A DNA stretch of 64,000 nt from Azolla caroliniana. Taxonomy: Eukaryota; Plantae; Polypodiophyta. Positions 37,133 through 51,352 of this stretch are shown here, one piece after another. The position numbers and the translations under genes are program-made. The notes under the pieces are model-generated. The model saw only the letters and a list, made by a program, of their open reading frames with translations, had not been told where the DNA came from and did no database searches. Every line of letters begins with the position of its first letter. The stretch's first letter is position 1. The stretch is from assembly GCA_043228905.1 (NCBI GenBank), contig JBHGNT010000120.1:11234-75233 (forward strand), in the 5' to 3' direction.

Positions 37133-37895
37133 ATTAGGATTAGGTTCCGCTTCTCGAGAATCGGAATACAACGAGACTGTTGCGCAATCAATACATGCGT
37201 GGATCCCTTGGGGAAGGGATAACATCGCGTATTTGAACGTAATCATCGATCACGACGATGCCGTTCACATATTTCTGATGCGCATTCGCTCGAGGGAACA
37301 TATGAACAATGCCTTTCTTGCTTACGCTCGCCGTGCTCCTGTCTGGCCTGGTTTGAATACAAGCGAGTAGACGCAAGAATGTGATGACGCCCAGTCGTTG
37401 TATGATGTGTATTTGGACGTGGTCCTCAACAAGGATGACGTCGTTTGAAATTTAGAAACAATCTACACGAAGGCCACCGCTAAGACGTCGCATGCGCGAT
37501 ACTCTTCATTTGGTTAGAGTAGAATGCGCGTATTCGAGATTCAACGATGCAAATTTACGTACGAGTGGAAGAACCTAGCGGCCGGTATCATGAGACGAGA
37601 ACGGTATCTACACATCGGAGATTGACAGTTTGAGACGAAAACTCTTCTCGAAGGTCATTTGTATGGTTCATGCATGCTTTTCTATGGATTGCATTGCATG
37701 CGTCACACCGCATACCTGTATCCGATAAACCCATTTAAGCGCATCTCCGTAATGTGGCGAGTAATAGAATGGTAAGGTAAGTGACAAGAGATCCCATGAA
37801 AAATACGATGATCAAGAAATATGATGAGAAATGAGAGATCCTATCCGATCACGTGCGAGATCTTCATTCCTTTCACGTTTCGATGAATGGTCGAA

Positions 37896-37968
37896 GATCC
37901 TATGGCCTAATGGATAAGGCGTTGGTCTTCGAAACCAAAGATTCTAGGTTCGACCCCTAGTAGGATCG
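37896..37968 (+). tRNA. tRNA-Arg(TCG), unit 33
   Basis: Copy of unit 1 gene. Confidence 0.96.
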
Positions 37969-38244
37969 GTTTAGAATCGTGACCCTAGTGTACGTCGACA
38001 TCAAGAACACGACGACCAAGGATCATTCACGGAGTCATAATGCGCATCCGTCTCGACCGTCTAGAAAATGCGCGGATCTTGTATCCGCTGTTTTGGCTTA
38101 ATGGATGCATTCATTTACGAGGATGATGATGTTTAATAGGTAAAAGAAATGGAACGGTTTATCCGGCACAAATTCCTCATCAAAAGTGCATCGCATGTCC
38201 ATCGCGATCCTCAATGGAAGTACATTTTCCAATGGAAAACCGAA

Positions 38245-38317
38245 GATCCTATGGCCCAATGGATAAGGCGCTGGTCTACGAAACCAGAGATTCTAGGTTC
38301 GATCCCTGGTAGGATCG
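38245..38317 (+). tRNA. tRNA-Arg(ACG), unit 33
   Basis: Copy of unit 1 gene. Confidence 0.96.
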
Positions 38318-39080
38318 ATTAGGATTAGGTTCCGCTTCTCGAGAATCGGAATACAACGAGACTGTTGCGCAATCAATACATGCGTGGATCCCTTGGGGAA
38401 GGGATAACATCGCGTATTTGAACGTAATCATCGATCACGACGATGCCGTTCACATATTTCTGATGCGCATTCGCTCGAGGGAACATATGAACAATGCCTT
38501 TCTTGCTTACGCTCGCCGTGCTCCTGTCTGGCCTGGTTTGAATACAAGCGAGTAGACGCAAGAATGTGATGACGCCCAGTCGTTGTATGATGTGTATTTG
38601 GACGTGGTCCTCAACAAGGATGACGTCGTTTGAAATTTAGAAACAATCTACACGAAGGCCACCGCTAAGACGTCGCATGCGCGATACTCTTCATTTGGTT
38701 AGAGTAGAATGCGCGTATTCGAGATTCAACGATGCAAATTTACGTACGAGTGGAAGAACCTAGCGGCCGGTATCATGAGACGAGAACGGTATCTACACAT
38801 CGGAGATTGACAGTTTGAGACGAAAACTCTTCTCGAAGGTCATTTGTATGGTTCATGCATGCTTTTCTATGGATTGCATTGCATGCGTCACACCGCATAC
38901 CTGTATCCGATAAACCCATTTAAGCGCATCTCCGTAATGTGGCGAGTAATAGAATGGTAAGGTAAGTGACAAGAGATCCCATGAAAAATACGATGATCAA
39001 GAAATATGATGAGAAATGAGAGATCCTATCCGATCACGTGCGAGATCTTCATTCCTTTCACGTTTCGATGAATGGTCGAA

Positions 39081-39153
39081 GATCCTATGGCCTAATGGAT
39101 AAGGCGTTGGTCTTCGAAACCAAAGATTCTAGGTTCGACCCCTAGTAGGATCG
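39081..39153 (+). tRNA. tRNA-Arg(TCG), unit 34
   Basis: Copy of unit 1 gene. Confidence 0.96.
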
Positions 39154-39429
39154 GTTTAGAATCGTGACCCTAGTGTACGTCGACATCAAGAACACGACGA
39201 CCAAGGATCATTCACGGAGTCATAATGCGCATCCGTCTCGACCGTCTAGAAAATGCGCGGATCTTGTATCCGCTGTTTTGGCTTAATGGATGCATTCATT
39301 TACGAGGATGATGATGTTTAATAGGTAAAAGAAATGGAACGGTTTATCCGGCACAAATTCCTCATCAAAAGTGCATCGCATGTCCATCGCGATCCTCAAT
39401 GGAAGTACATTTTCCAATGGAAAACCGAA

Positions 39430-39502
39430 GATCCTATGGCCCAATGGATAAGGCGCTGGTCTACGAAACCAGAGATTCTAGGTTCGATCCCTGGTAGGAT
39501 CG
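39430..39502 (+). tRNA. tRNA-Arg(ACG), unit 34
   Basis: Copy of unit 1 gene. Confidence 0.96.
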
Positions 39503-40265
39503 ATTAGGATTAGGTTCCGCTTCTCGAGAATCGGAATACAACGAGACTGTTGCGCAATCAATACATGCGTGGATCCCTTGGGGAAGGGATAACATCGCGT
39601 ATTTGAACGTAATCATCGATCACGACGATGCCGTTCACATATTTCTGATGCGCATTCGCTCGAGGGAACATATGAACAATGCCTTTCTTGCTTACGCTCG
39701 CCGTGCTCCTGTCTGGCCTGGTTTGAATACAAGCGAGTAGACGCAAGAATGTGATGACGCCCAGTCGTTGTATGATGTGTATTTGGACGTGGTCCTCAAC
39801 AAGGATGACGTCGTTTGAAATTTAGAAACAATCTACACGAAGGCCACCGCTAAGACGTCGCATGCGCGATACTCTTCATTTGGTTAGAGTAGAATGCGCG
39901 TATTCGAGATTCAACGATGCAAATTTACGTACGAGTGGAAGAACCTAGCGGCCGGTATCATGAGACGAGAACGGTATCTACACATCGGAGATTGACAGTT
40001 TGAGACGAAAACTCTTCTCGAAGGTCATTTGTATGGTTCATGCATGCTTTTCTATGGATTGCATTGCATGCGTCACACCGCATACCTGTATCCGATAAAC
40101 CCATTTAAGCGCATCTCCGTAATGTGGCGAGTAATAGAATGGTAAGGTAAGTGACAAGAGATCCCATGAAAAATACGATGATCAAGAAATATGATGAGAA
40201 ATGAGAGATCCTATCCGATCACGTGCGAGATCTTCATTCCTTTCACGTTTCGATGAATGGTCGAA

Positions 40266-40338
40266 GATCCTATGGCCTAATGGATAAGGCGTTGGTCTTC
40301 GAAACCAAAGATTCTAGGTTCGACCCCTAGTAGGATCG
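40266..40338 (+). tRNA. tRNA-Arg(TCG), unit 35
   Basis: Copy of unit 1 gene. Confidence 0.96.
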
Positions 40339-40614
40339 GTTTAGAATCGTGACCCTAGTGTACGTCGACATCAAGAACACGACGACCAAGGATCATTCAC
40401 GGAGTCATAATGCGCATCCGTCTCGACCGTCTAGAAAATGCGCGGATCTTGTATCCGCTGTTTTGGCTTAATGGATGCATTCATTTACGAGGATGATGAT
40501 GTTTAATAGGTAAAAGAAATGGAACGGTTTATCCGGCACAAATTCCTCATCAAAAGTGCATCGCATGTCCATCGCGATCCTCAATGGAAGTACATTTTCC
40601 AATGGAAAACCGAA

Positions 40615-40687
40615 GATCCTATGGCCCAATGGATAAGGCGCTGGTCTACGAAACCAGAGATTCTAGGTTCGATCCCTGGTAGGATCG
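40615..40687 (+). tRNA. tRNA-Arg(ACG), unit 35
   Basis: Copy of unit 1 gene. Confidence 0.96.
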
Positions 40688-41450
40688 ATTAGGATTAGGT
40701 TCCGCTTCTCGAGAATCGGAATACAACGAGACTGTTGCGCAATCAATACATGCGTGGATCCCTTGGGGAAGGGATAACATCGCGTATTTGAACGTAATCA
40801 TCGATCACGACGATGCCGTTCACATATTTCTGATGCGCATTCGCTCGAGGGAACATATGAACAATGCCTTTCTTGCTTACGCTCGCCGTGCTCCTGTCTG
40901 GCCTGGTTTGAATACAAGCGAGTAGACGCAAGAATGTGATGACGCCCAGTCGTTGTATGATGTGTATTTGGACGTGGTCCTCAACAAGGATGACGTCGTT
41001 TGAAATTTAGAAACAATCTACACGAAGGCCACCGCTAAGACGTCGCATGCGCGATACTCTTCATTTGGTTAGAGTAGAATGCGCGTATTCGAGATTCAAC
41101 GATGCAAATTTACGTACGAGTGGAAGAACCTAGCGGCCGGTATCATGAGACGAGAACGGTATCTACACATCGGAGATTGACAGTTTGAGACGAAAACTCT
41201 TCTCGAAGGTCATTTGTATGGTTCATGCATGCTTTTCTATGGATTGCATTGCATGCGTCACACCGCATACCTGTATCCGATAAACCCATTTAAGCGCATC
41301 TCCGTAATGTGGCGAGTAATAGAATGGTAAGGTAAGTGACAAGAGATCCCATGAAAAATACGATGATCAAGAAATATGATGAGAAATGAGAGATCCTATC
41401 CGATCACGTGCGAGATCTTCATTCCTTTCACGTTTCGATGAATGGTCGAA

Positions 41451-41523
41451 GATCCTATGGCCTAATGGATAAGGCGTTGGTCTTCGAAACCAAAGATTCT
41501 AGGTTCGACCCCTAGTAGGATCG
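41451..41523 (+). tRNA. tRNA-Arg(TCG), unit 36
   Basis: Copy of unit 1 gene. Confidence 0.96.
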
Positions 41524-41799
41524 GTTTAGAATCGTGACCCTAGTGTACGTCGACATCAAGAACACGACGACCAAGGATCATTCACGGAGTCATAATGCGC
41601 ATCCGTCTCGACCGTCTAGAAAATGCGCGGATCTTGTATCCGCTGTTTTGGCTTAATGGATGCATTCATTTACGAGGATGATGATGTTTAATAGGTAAAA
41701 GAAATGGAACGGTTTATCCGGCACAAATTCCTCATCAAAAGTGCATCGCATGTCCATCGCGATCCTCAATGGAAGTACATTTTCCAATGGAAAACCGAA

Positions 41800-41872
41800 G
41801 ATCCTATGGCCCAATGGATAAGGCGCTGGTCTACGAAACCAGAGATTCTAGGTTCGATCCCTGGTAGGATCG
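41800..41872 (+). tRNA. tRNA-Arg(ACG), unit 36
   Basis: Copy of unit 1 gene. Confidence 0.96.
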
Positions 41873-42635
41873 ATTAGGATTAGGTTCCGCTTCTCGAGAA
41901 TCGGAATACAACGAGACTGTTGCGCAATCAATACATGCGTGGATCCCTTGGGGAAGGGATAACATCGCGTATTTGAACGTAATCATCGATCACGACGATG
42001 CCGTTCACATATTTCTGATGCGCATTCGCTCGAGGGAACATATGAACAATGCCTTTCTTGCTTACGCTCGCCGTGCTCCTGTCTGGCCTGGTTTGAATAC
42101 AAGCGAGTAGACGCAAGAATGTGATGACGCCCAGTCGTTGTATGATGTGTATTTGGACGTGGTCCTCAACAAGGATGACGTCGTTTGAAATTTAGAAACA
42201 ATCTACACGAAGGCCACCGCTAAGACGTCGCATGCGCGATACTCTTCATTTGGTTAGAGTAGAATGCGCGTATTCGAGATTCAACGATGCAAATTTACGT
42301 ACGAGTGGAAGAACCTAGCGGCCGGTATCATGAGACGAGAACGGTATCTACACATCGGAGATTGACAGTTTGAGACGAAAACTCTTCTCGAAGGTCATTT
42401 GTATGGTTCATGCATGCTTTTCTATGGATTGCATTGCATGCGTCACACCGCATACCTGTATCCGATAAACCCATTTAAGCGCATCTCCGTAATGTGGCGA
42501 GTAATAGAATGGTAAGGTAAGTGACAAGAGATCCCATGAAAAATACGATGATCAAGAAATATGATGAGAAATGAGAGATCCTATCCGATCACGTGCGAGA
42601 TCTTCATTCCTTTCACGTTTCGATGAATGGTCGAA

Positions 42636-42708
42636 GATCCTATGGCCTAATGGATAAGGCGTTGGTCTTCGAAACCAAAGATTCTAGGTTCGACCCCTAG
42701 TAGGATCG
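42636..42708 (+). tRNA. tRNA-Arg(TCG), unit 37
   Basis: Copy of unit 1 gene. Confidence 0.96.
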
Positions 42709-42984
42709 GTTTAGAATCGTGACCCTAGTGTACGTCGACATCAAGAACACGACGACCAAGGATCATTCACGGAGTCATAATGCGCATCCGTCTCGACCGT
42801 CTAGAAAATGCGCGGATCTTGTATCCGCTGTTTTGGCTTAATGGATGCATTCATTTACGAGGATGATGATGTTTAATAGGTAAAAGAAATGGAACGGTTT
42901 ATCCGGCACAAATTCCTCATCAAAAGTGCATCGCATGTCCATGGCGATCCTCAATGGAAGTACATTTTCCAATGGAAAACCGAA

Positions 42985-43057
42985 GATCCTATGGCCCAAT
43001 GGATAAGGCGCTGGTCTACGAAACCAGAGATTCTAGGTTCGATCCCTGGTAGGATCG
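42985..43057 (+). tRNA. tRNA-Arg(ACG), unit 37
   Basis: Copy of unit 1 gene. Confidence 0.96.
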
Positions 43058-43820
43058 ATTAGGATTAGGTTCCGCTTCTCGAGAATCGGAATACAACGAG
43101 ACTGTTGCGCAATCAATACATGCGTGGATCCCTTGGGGAAGGGATAACATCGCGTATTTGAACGTAATCATCGATCACGACGATGCCGTTCACATATTTC
43201 TGATGCGCATTCGCTCGAGGGAACATATGAACAATGCCTTTCTTGCTTACGCTCGCCGTGCTCCTGTCTGGCCTGGTTTGAATACAAGCGAGTAGACGCA
43301 AGAATGTGATGACGCCCAGTCGTTGTATGATGTGTATTTGGACGTGGTCCTCAACAAGGATGACGTCGTTTGAAATTTAGAAACAATCTACACGAAGGCC
43401 ACCGCTAAGACGTCGCATGCGCGATACTCTTCATTTGGTTAGAGTAGAATGCGCGTATTCGAGATTCAACGATGCAAATTTACGTACGAGTGGAAGAACC
43501 TAGCGGCCGGTATCATGAGACGAGAACGGTATCTACACATCGGAGATTGACAGTTTGAGACGAAAACTCTTCTCGAAGGTCATTTGTATGGTTCATGCAT
43601 GCTTTTCTATGGATTGCATTGCATGCGTCACACCGCATACCTTTATCCGATAAACCCATTTAAGCGCATCTCCGTAATGTGGCGAGTAATAGAATGGTAA
43701 GGTAAGTGACAAGAGATCCCATGAAAAATACGATGATCAAGAAATATGATGAGAAATGAGAGATCCTATCCGATCACGTGCGAGATCTTCATTCCTTTCA
43801 CGTTTCGATGAATGGTCGAA

Positions 43821-43893
43821 GATCCTATGGCCTAATGGATAAGGCGTTGGTCTTCGAAACCAAAGATTCTAGGTTCGACCCCTAGTAGGATCG
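43821..43893 (+). tRNA. tRNA-Arg(TCG), unit 38
   Basis: Copy of unit 1 gene. Confidence 0.96.
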
Positions 43894-44169
43894 GTTTAGA
43901 ATTGTGACCCTAGTGTACGTCGACATCAAGAACACGACGACCAAGGATCATTCACGGAGTCATAATGCGCATCCGTCTCGACCGTCTAGAAAATGCGCGG
44001 ATCTTGTATCCGCTGTTTTGGCTTAATGGATGCATTCATTTACGAGGATGATGATGTTTAATAGGTAAAAGAAATGGAACGGTTTATCCGGCACAAATTC
44101 CTCATCAAAAGTGCATCGCATGTCCATCGCGATCCTCAATGGAAGTACATTTTCCAATGGAAAACCGAA

Positions 44170-44242
44170 GATCCTATGGCCCAATGGATAAGGCGCTGGT
44201 CTACGAAACCAGAGATTCTAGGTTCGATCCCTGGTAGGATCG
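44170..44242 (+). tRNA. tRNA-Arg(ACG), unit 38
   Basis: Copy of unit 1 gene. Confidence 0.96.
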
Positions 44243-45005
44243 ATTAGGATTAGGTTCCGCTTCTCGAGAATCGGAATACAACGAGACTGTTGCGCAATCA
44301 ATACATGCGTGGATCCCTTGGGGAAGGGATAACATCGCGTATTTGAACGTAATCATCGATCACGACGATGCCGTTCACATATTTCTGATGCGCATTCGCT
44401 CGAGGGAACATATGAACAATGCCTTTCTTGCTTACGCTCGCCGTGCTCCTGTCTGGCCTGGTTTGAATACAAGCGAGTAGACGCAAGAATGTGATGACGC
44501 CCAGTCGTTGTATGATGTGTATTTGGACGTGGTCCTCAACAAGGATGACGTCGTTTGAAATTTAGAAACAATCTACACGAAGGCCACCGCTAAGACGTCG
44601 CATGCGCGATACTCTTCATTTGGTTAGAGTAGAATGCGCGTATTCGAGATTCAACGATGCAAATTTACGTACGAGTGGAAGAACCTAGCGGCCGGTATCA
44701 TGAGACGAGAACGGTATCTACACATCGGAGATTGACAGTTTGAGACGAAAACTCTTCTCGAAGGTCATTTGTATGGTTCATGCATGCTTTTCTATGGATT
44801 GCATTGCATGCGTCACACCGCATACCTGTATCCGATAAACCCATTTAAGCGCATCTCCGTAATGTGGCGAGTAATAGAATGGTAAGGTAAGTGACAAGAG
44901 ATCCCATGAAAAATACGATGATCAAGAAATATGATGAGAAATGAGAGATCCTATCCGATCACGTGCGAGATCTTCATTCCTTTCACGTTTCGATGAATGG
45001 TCGAA

Positions 45006-45078
45006 GATCCTATGGCCTAATGGATAAGGCGTTGGTCTTCGAAACCAAAGATTCTAGGTTCGACCCCTAGTAGGATCG
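45006..45078 (+). tRNA. tRNA-Arg(TCG), unit 39
   Basis: Copy of unit 1 gene. Confidence 0.96.
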
Positions 45079-45354
45079 GTTTAGAATCGTGACCCTAGTG
45101 TACGTCGACATCAAGAACACGACGACCAAGGATCATTCACGGAGTCATAATGCGCATCCGTCTCGACCGTCTAGAAAATGCGCGGATCTTGTATCCGCTG
45201 TTTTGGCTTAATGGATGCATTCATTTACGAGGATGATGATGTTTAATAGGTAAAAGAAATGGAACGGTTTATCCGGCACAAATTCCTCATCAAAAGTGCA
45301 TCGCATGTCCATCGCGATCCTCAATGGAAGTACATTTTCCAATGGAAAACCGAA

Positions 45355-45427
45355 GATCCTATGGCCCAATGGATAAGGCGCTGGTCTACGAAACCAGAGA
45401 TTCTAGGTTCGATCCCTGGTAGGATCG
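45355..45427 (+). tRNA. tRNA-Arg(ACG), unit 39
   Basis: Copy of unit 1 gene. Confidence 0.96.
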
Positions 45428-46190
45428 ATTAGGATTAGGTTCCGCTTCTCGAGAATCGGAATACAACGAGACTGTTGCGCAATCAATACATGCGTGGATC
45501 CCTTGGGGAAGGGATAACATCGCGTATTTGAACGTAATCATCGATCACGACGATGCCGTTCACATATTTCTGATGCGCATTCGCTCGAGGGAACATATGA
45601 ACAATGCCTTTCTTGCTTACGCTCGCCGTGCTCCTGTCTGGCCTGGTTTGAATACAAGCGAGTAGACGCAAGAATGTGATGACGCCCAGTCGTTGTATGA
45701 TGTGTATTTGGACGTGGTCCTCAACAAGGATGACGTCGTTTGAAATTTAGAAACAATCTACACGAAGGCCACCGCTAAGACGTCGCATGCGCGATACTCT
45801 TCATTTGGTTAGAGTAGAATGCGCGTATTCGAGATTCAACGATGCAAATTTACGTACGAGTGGAAGAACCTAGCGGCCGGTATCATGAGACGAGAACGGT
45901 ATCTACACATCGGAGATTGACAGTTTGAGACGAAAACTCTTCTCGAAGGTCATTTGTATGGTTCATGCATGCTTTTCTATGGATTGCATTGCATGCGTCA
46001 CACCGCATACCTGTATCCGATAAACCCATTTAAGCGCATCTCCGTAATGTGGCGAGTAATAGAATGGTAAGGTAAGTGACAAGAGATCCCATGAAAAATA
46101 CGATGATCAAGAAATATGATGAGAAATGAGAGATCCTATCCGATCACGTGCGAGATCTTCATTCCTTTCACGTTTCGATGAATGGTCGAA

Positions 46191-46263
46191 GATCCTATGG
46201 CCTAATGGATAAGGCGTTGGTCTTCGAAACCAAAGATTCTAGGTTCGACCCCTAGTAGGATCG
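46191..46263 (+). tRNA. tRNA-Arg(TCG), unit 40
   Basis: Copy of unit 1 gene. Confidence 0.96.
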
Positions 46264-46539
46264 GTTTAGAATCGTGACCCTAGTGTACGTCGACATCAAG
46301 AACACGACGACCAAGGATCATTCACGGAGTCATAATGCGCATCCGTCTCGACCGTCTAGAAAATGCGCGGATCTTGTATCCGCTGTTTTGGCTTAATGGA
46401 TGCATTCATTTACGAGGATGATGATGTTTAATAGGTAAAAGAAATGGAACGGTTTATCCGGCACAAATTCCTCATCAAAAGTGCATCGCATGTCCATCGC
46501 GATCCTCAATGGAAGTACATTTTCCAATGGAAAACCGAA

Positions 46540-46612
46540 GATCCTATGGCCCAATGGATAAGGCGCTGGTCTACGAAACCAGAGATTCTAGGTTCGATCC
46601 CTGGTAGGATCG
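46540..46612 (+). tRNA. tRNA-Arg(ACG), unit 40
   Basis: Copy of unit 1 gene. Confidence 0.96.
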
Positions 46613-47375
46613 ATTAGGATTAGGTTCCGCTTCTCGAGAATCGGAATACAACGAGACTGTTGCGCAATCAATACATGCGTGGATCCCTTGGGGAAGGGAT
46701 AACATCGCGTATTTGAACGTAATCATCGATCACGACGATGCCGTTCACATATTTCTGATGCGCATTCGCTCGAGGGAACATATGAACAATGCCTTTCTTG
46801 CTTACGCTCGCCGTGCTCCTGTCTGGCCTGGTTTGAATACAAGCGAGTAGACGCAAGAATGTGATGACGCCCAGTCGTTGTATGATGTGTATTTGGACGT
46901 GGTCCTCAACAAGGATGACGTCGTTTGAAATTTAGAAACAATCTACACGAAGGCCACCGCTAAGACGTCGCATGCGCGATACTCTTCATTTGGTTAGAGT
47001 AGAATGCGCGTATTCGAGATTCAACGATGCAAATTTACGTACGAGTGGAAGAACCTAGCGGCCGGTATCATGAGACGAGAACGGTATCTACACATCGGAG
47101 ATTGACAGTTTGAGACGAAAACTCTTCTCGAAGGTCATTTGTATGGTTCATGCATGCTTTTCTATGGATTGCATTGCATGCGTCACACCGCATACCTTTA
47201 TCCGATAAACCCATTTAAGCGCATCTCCGTAATGTGGCGAGTAATAGAATGGTAAGGTAAGTGACAAGAGATCCCATGAAAAATACGATGATCAAGAAAT
47301 ATGATGAGAAATGAGAGATCCTATCCGATCACGTGCGAGATCTTCATTCCTTTCACGTTTCGATGAATGGTCGAA

Positions 47376-47448
47376 GATCCTATGGCCTAATGGATAAGGC
47401 GTTGGTCTTCGAAACCAAAGATTCTAGGTTCGACCCCTAGTAGGATCG
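47376..47448 (+). tRNA. tRNA-Arg(TCG), unit 41
   Basis: Copy of unit 1 gene. Confidence 0.96.
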
Positions 47449-47724
47449 GTTTAGAATCGTGACCCTAGTGTACGTCGACATCAAGAACACGACGACCAAG
47501 GATCATTCACGGAGTCATAATGCGCATCCGTCTCGACCGTCTAGAAAATGCGCGGATCTTGTATCCGCTGTTTTGGCTTAATGGATGCATTCATTTACGA
47601 GGATGATGATGTTTAATAGGTAAAAGAAATGGAACGGTTTATCCGGCACAAATTCCTCATCAAAAGTGCATCGCATGTCCATGGCGATCCTCAATGGAAG
47701 TACATTTTCCAATGGAAAACCGAA

Positions 47725-47797
47725 GATCCTATGGCCCAATGGATAAGGCGCTGGTCTACGAAACCAGAGATTCTAGGTTCGATCCCTGGTAGGATCG
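47725..47797 (+). tRNA. tRNA-Arg(ACG), unit 41
   Basis: Copy of unit 1 gene. Confidence 0.96.
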
Positions 47798-48560
47798 ATT
47801 AGGATTAGGTTCCGCTTCTCGAGAATCGGAATACAACGAGACTGTTGCGCAATCAATACATGCGTGGATCCCTTGGGGAAGGGATAACATCGCGTATTTG
47901 AACGTAATCATCGATCACGACGATGCCGTTCACATATTTCTGATGCGCATTCGCTCGAGGGAACATATGAACAATGCCTTTCTTGCTTACGCTCGCCGTG
48001 CTCCTGTCTGGCCTGGTTTGAATACAAGCGAGTAGACGCAAGAATGTGATGACGCCCAGTCGTTGTATGATGTGTATTTGGACGTGGTCCTCAACAAGGA
48101 TGACGTCGTTTGAAATTTAGAAACAATCTACACGAAGGCCACCGCTAAGACGTCGCATGCGCGATACTCTTCATTTGGTTAGAGTAGAATGCGCGTATTC
48201 GAGATTCAACGATGCAAATTTACGTACGAGTGGAAGAACCTAGCGGCCGGTATCATGAGACGAGAACGGTATCTACACATCGGAGATTGACAGTTTGAGA
48301 CGAAAACTCTTCTCGAAGGTCATTTGTATGGTTCATGCATGCTTTTCTATGGATTGCATTGCATGCGTCACACCGCATACCTTTATCCGATAAACCCATT
48401 TAAGCGCATCTCCGTAATGTGGCGAGTAATAGAATGGTAAGGTAAGTGACAAGAGATCCCATGAAAAATACGATGATCAAGAAATATGATGAGAAATGAG
48501 AGATCCTATCCGATCACGTGCGAGATCTTCATTCCTTTCACGTTTCGATGAATGGTCGAA

Positions 48561-48633
48561 GATCCTATGGCCTAATGGATAAGGCGTTGGTCTTCGAAAC
48601 CAAAGATTCTAGGTTCGACCCCTAGTAGGATCG
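48561..48633 (+). tRNA. tRNA-Arg(TCG), unit 42
   Basis: Copy of unit 1 gene. Confidence 0.96.
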
Positions 48634-48909
48634 GTTTAGAATCGTGACCCTAGTGTACGTCGACATCAAGAACACGACGACCAAGGATCATTCACGGAGT
48701 CATAATGCGCATCCGTCTCGACCGTCTAGAAAATGCGCGGATCTTGTATCCGCTGTTTTGGCTTAATGGATGCATTCATTTACGAGGATGATGATGTTTA
48801 ATAGGTAAAAGAAATGGAACGGTTTATCCGGCACAAATTCCTCATCAAAAGTGCATCGCATGTCCATCGCGATCCTCAATGGAAGTACATTTTCCAATGG
48901 AAAACCGAA

Positions 48910-48982
48910 GATCCTATGGCCCAATGGATAAGGCGCTGGTCTACGAAACCAGAGATTCTAGGTTCGATCCCTGGTAGGATCG
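48910..48982 (+). tRNA. tRNA-Arg(ACG), unit 42
   Basis: Copy of unit 1 gene. Confidence 0.96.
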
Positions 48983-49745
48983 ATTAGGATTAGGTTCCGC
49001 TTCTCGAGAATCGGAATACAACGAGACTGTTGCGCAATCAATACATGCGTGGATCCCTTGGGGAAGGGATAACATCGCGTATTTGAACGTAATCATCGAT
49101 CACGACGATGCCGTTCACATATTTCTGATGCGCATTCGCTCGAGGGAACATATGAACAATGCCTTTCTTGCTTACGCTCGCCGTGCTCCTGTCTGGCCTG
49201 GTTTGAATACAAGCGAGTAGACGCAAGAATGTGATGACGCCCAGTCGTTGTATGATGTGTATTTGGACGTGGTCCTCAACAAGGATGACGTCGTTTGAAA
49301 TTTAGAAACAATCTACACGAAGGCCACCGCTAAGACGTCGCATGCGCGATACTCTTCATTTGGTTAGAGTAGAATGCGCGTATTCGAGATTCAACGATGC
49401 AAATTTACGTACGAGTGGAAGAACCTAGCGGCCGGTATCATGAGACGAGAACGGTATCTACACATCGGAGATTGACAGTTTGAGACGAAAACTCTTCTCG
49501 AAGGTCATTTGTATGGTTCATGCATGCTTTTCTATGGATTGCATTGCATGCGTCACACCGCATACCTTTATCCGATAAACCCATTTAAGCGCATCTCCGT
49601 AATGTGGCGAGTAATAGAATGGTAAGGTAAGTGACAAGAGATCCCATGAAAAATACGATGATCAAGAAATATGATGAGAAATGAGAGATCCTATCCGATC
49701 ACGTGCGAGATCTTCATTCCTTTCACGTTTCGATGAATGGTCGAA

Positions 49746-49818
49746 GATCCTATGGCCTAATGGATAAGGCGTTGGTCTTCGAAACCAAAGATTCTAGGTT
49801 CGACCCCTAGTAGGATCG
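49746..49818 (+). tRNA. tRNA-Arg(TCG), unit 43
   Basis: Copy of unit 1 gene. Confidence 0.96.
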
Positions 49819-50094
49819 GTTTAGAATCGTGACCCTAGTGTACGTCGACATCAAGAACACGACGACCAAGGATCATTCACGGAGTCATAATGCGCATCCG
49901 TCTCGACCGTCTAGAAAATGCGCGGATCTTGTATCCGCTGTTTTGGCTTAATGGATGCATTCATTTACGAGGATGATGATGTTTAATAGGTAAAAGAAAT
50001 GGAACGGTTTATCCGGCACAAATTCCTCATCAAAAGTGCATCGCATGTCCATCGCGATCCTCAATGGAAGTACATTTTCCAATGGAAAACCGAA

Positions 50095-50167
50095 GATCCT
50101 ATGGCCCAATGGATAAGGCGCTGGTCTACGAAACCAGAGATTCTAGGTTCGATCCCTGGTAGGATCG
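50095..50167 (+). tRNA. tRNA-Arg(ACG), unit 43
   Basis: Copy of unit 1 gene. Confidence 0.96.
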
Positions 50168-50930
50168 ATTAGGATTAGGTTCCGCTTCTCGAGAATCGGA
50201 ATACAACGAGACTGTTGCGCAATCAATACATGCGTGGATCCCTTGGGGAAGGGATAACATCGCGTATTTGAACGTAATCATCGATCACGACGATGCCGTT
50301 CACATATTTCTGATGCGCATTCGCTCGAGGGAACATATGAACAATGCCTTTCTTGCTTACGCTCGCCGTGCTCCTGTCTGGCCTGGTTTGAATACAAGCG
50401 AGTAGACGCAAGAATGTGATGACGCCCAGTCGTTGTATGATGTGTATTTGGACGTGGTCCTCAACAAGGATGACGTCGTTTGAAATTTAGAAACAATCTA
50501 CACGAAGGCCACCGCTAAGACGTCGCATGCGCGATACTCTTCATTTGGTTAGAGTAGAATGCGCGTATTCGAGATTCAACGATGCAAATTTACGTACGAG
50601 TGGAAGAACCTAGCGGCCGGTATCATGAGACGAGAACGGTATCTACACATCGGAGATTGACAGTTTGAGACGAAAACTCTTCTCGAAGGTCATTTGTATG
50701 GTTCATGCATGCTTTTCTATGGATTGCATTGCATGCGTCACACCGCATACCTTTATCCGATAAACCCATTTAAGCGCATCTCCGTAATGTGGCGAGTAAT
50801 AGAATGGTAAGGTAAGTGACAAGAGATCCCATGAAAAATACGATGATCAAGAAATATGATGAGAAATGAGAGATCCTATCCGATCACGTGCGAGATCTTC
50901 ATTCCTTTCACGTTTCGATGAATGGTCGAA

Positions 50931-51003
50931 GATCCTATGGCCTAATGGATAAGGCGTTGGTCTTCGAAACCAAAGATTCTAGGTTCGACCCCTAGTAGGA
51001 TCG
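50931..51003 (+). tRNA. tRNA-Arg(TCG), unit 44
   Basis: Copy of unit 1 gene. Confidence 0.96.
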
Positions 51004-51279
51004 GTTTAGAATCGTGACCCTAGTGTACGTCGACATCAAGAACACGACGACCAAGGATCATTCACGGAGTCATAATGCGCATCCGTCTCGACCGTCTAGA
51101 AAATGCGCGGATCTTGTATCCGCTGTTTTGGCTTAATGGATGCATTCATTTACGAGGATGATGATGTTTAATAGGTAAAAGAAATGGAACGGTTTATCCG
51201 GCACAAATTCCTCATCAAAAGTGCATCGCATGTCCATGGCGATCCTCAATGGAAGTACATTTTCCAATGGAAAACCGAA

Positions 51280-51352
51280 GATCCTATGGCCCAATGGATA
51301 AGGCGCTGGTCTACGAAACCAGAGATTCTAGGTTCGATCCCTGGTAGGATCG
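51280..51352 (+). tRNA. tRNA-Arg(ACG), unit 44
   Basis: Copy of unit 1 gene. Confidence 0.96.
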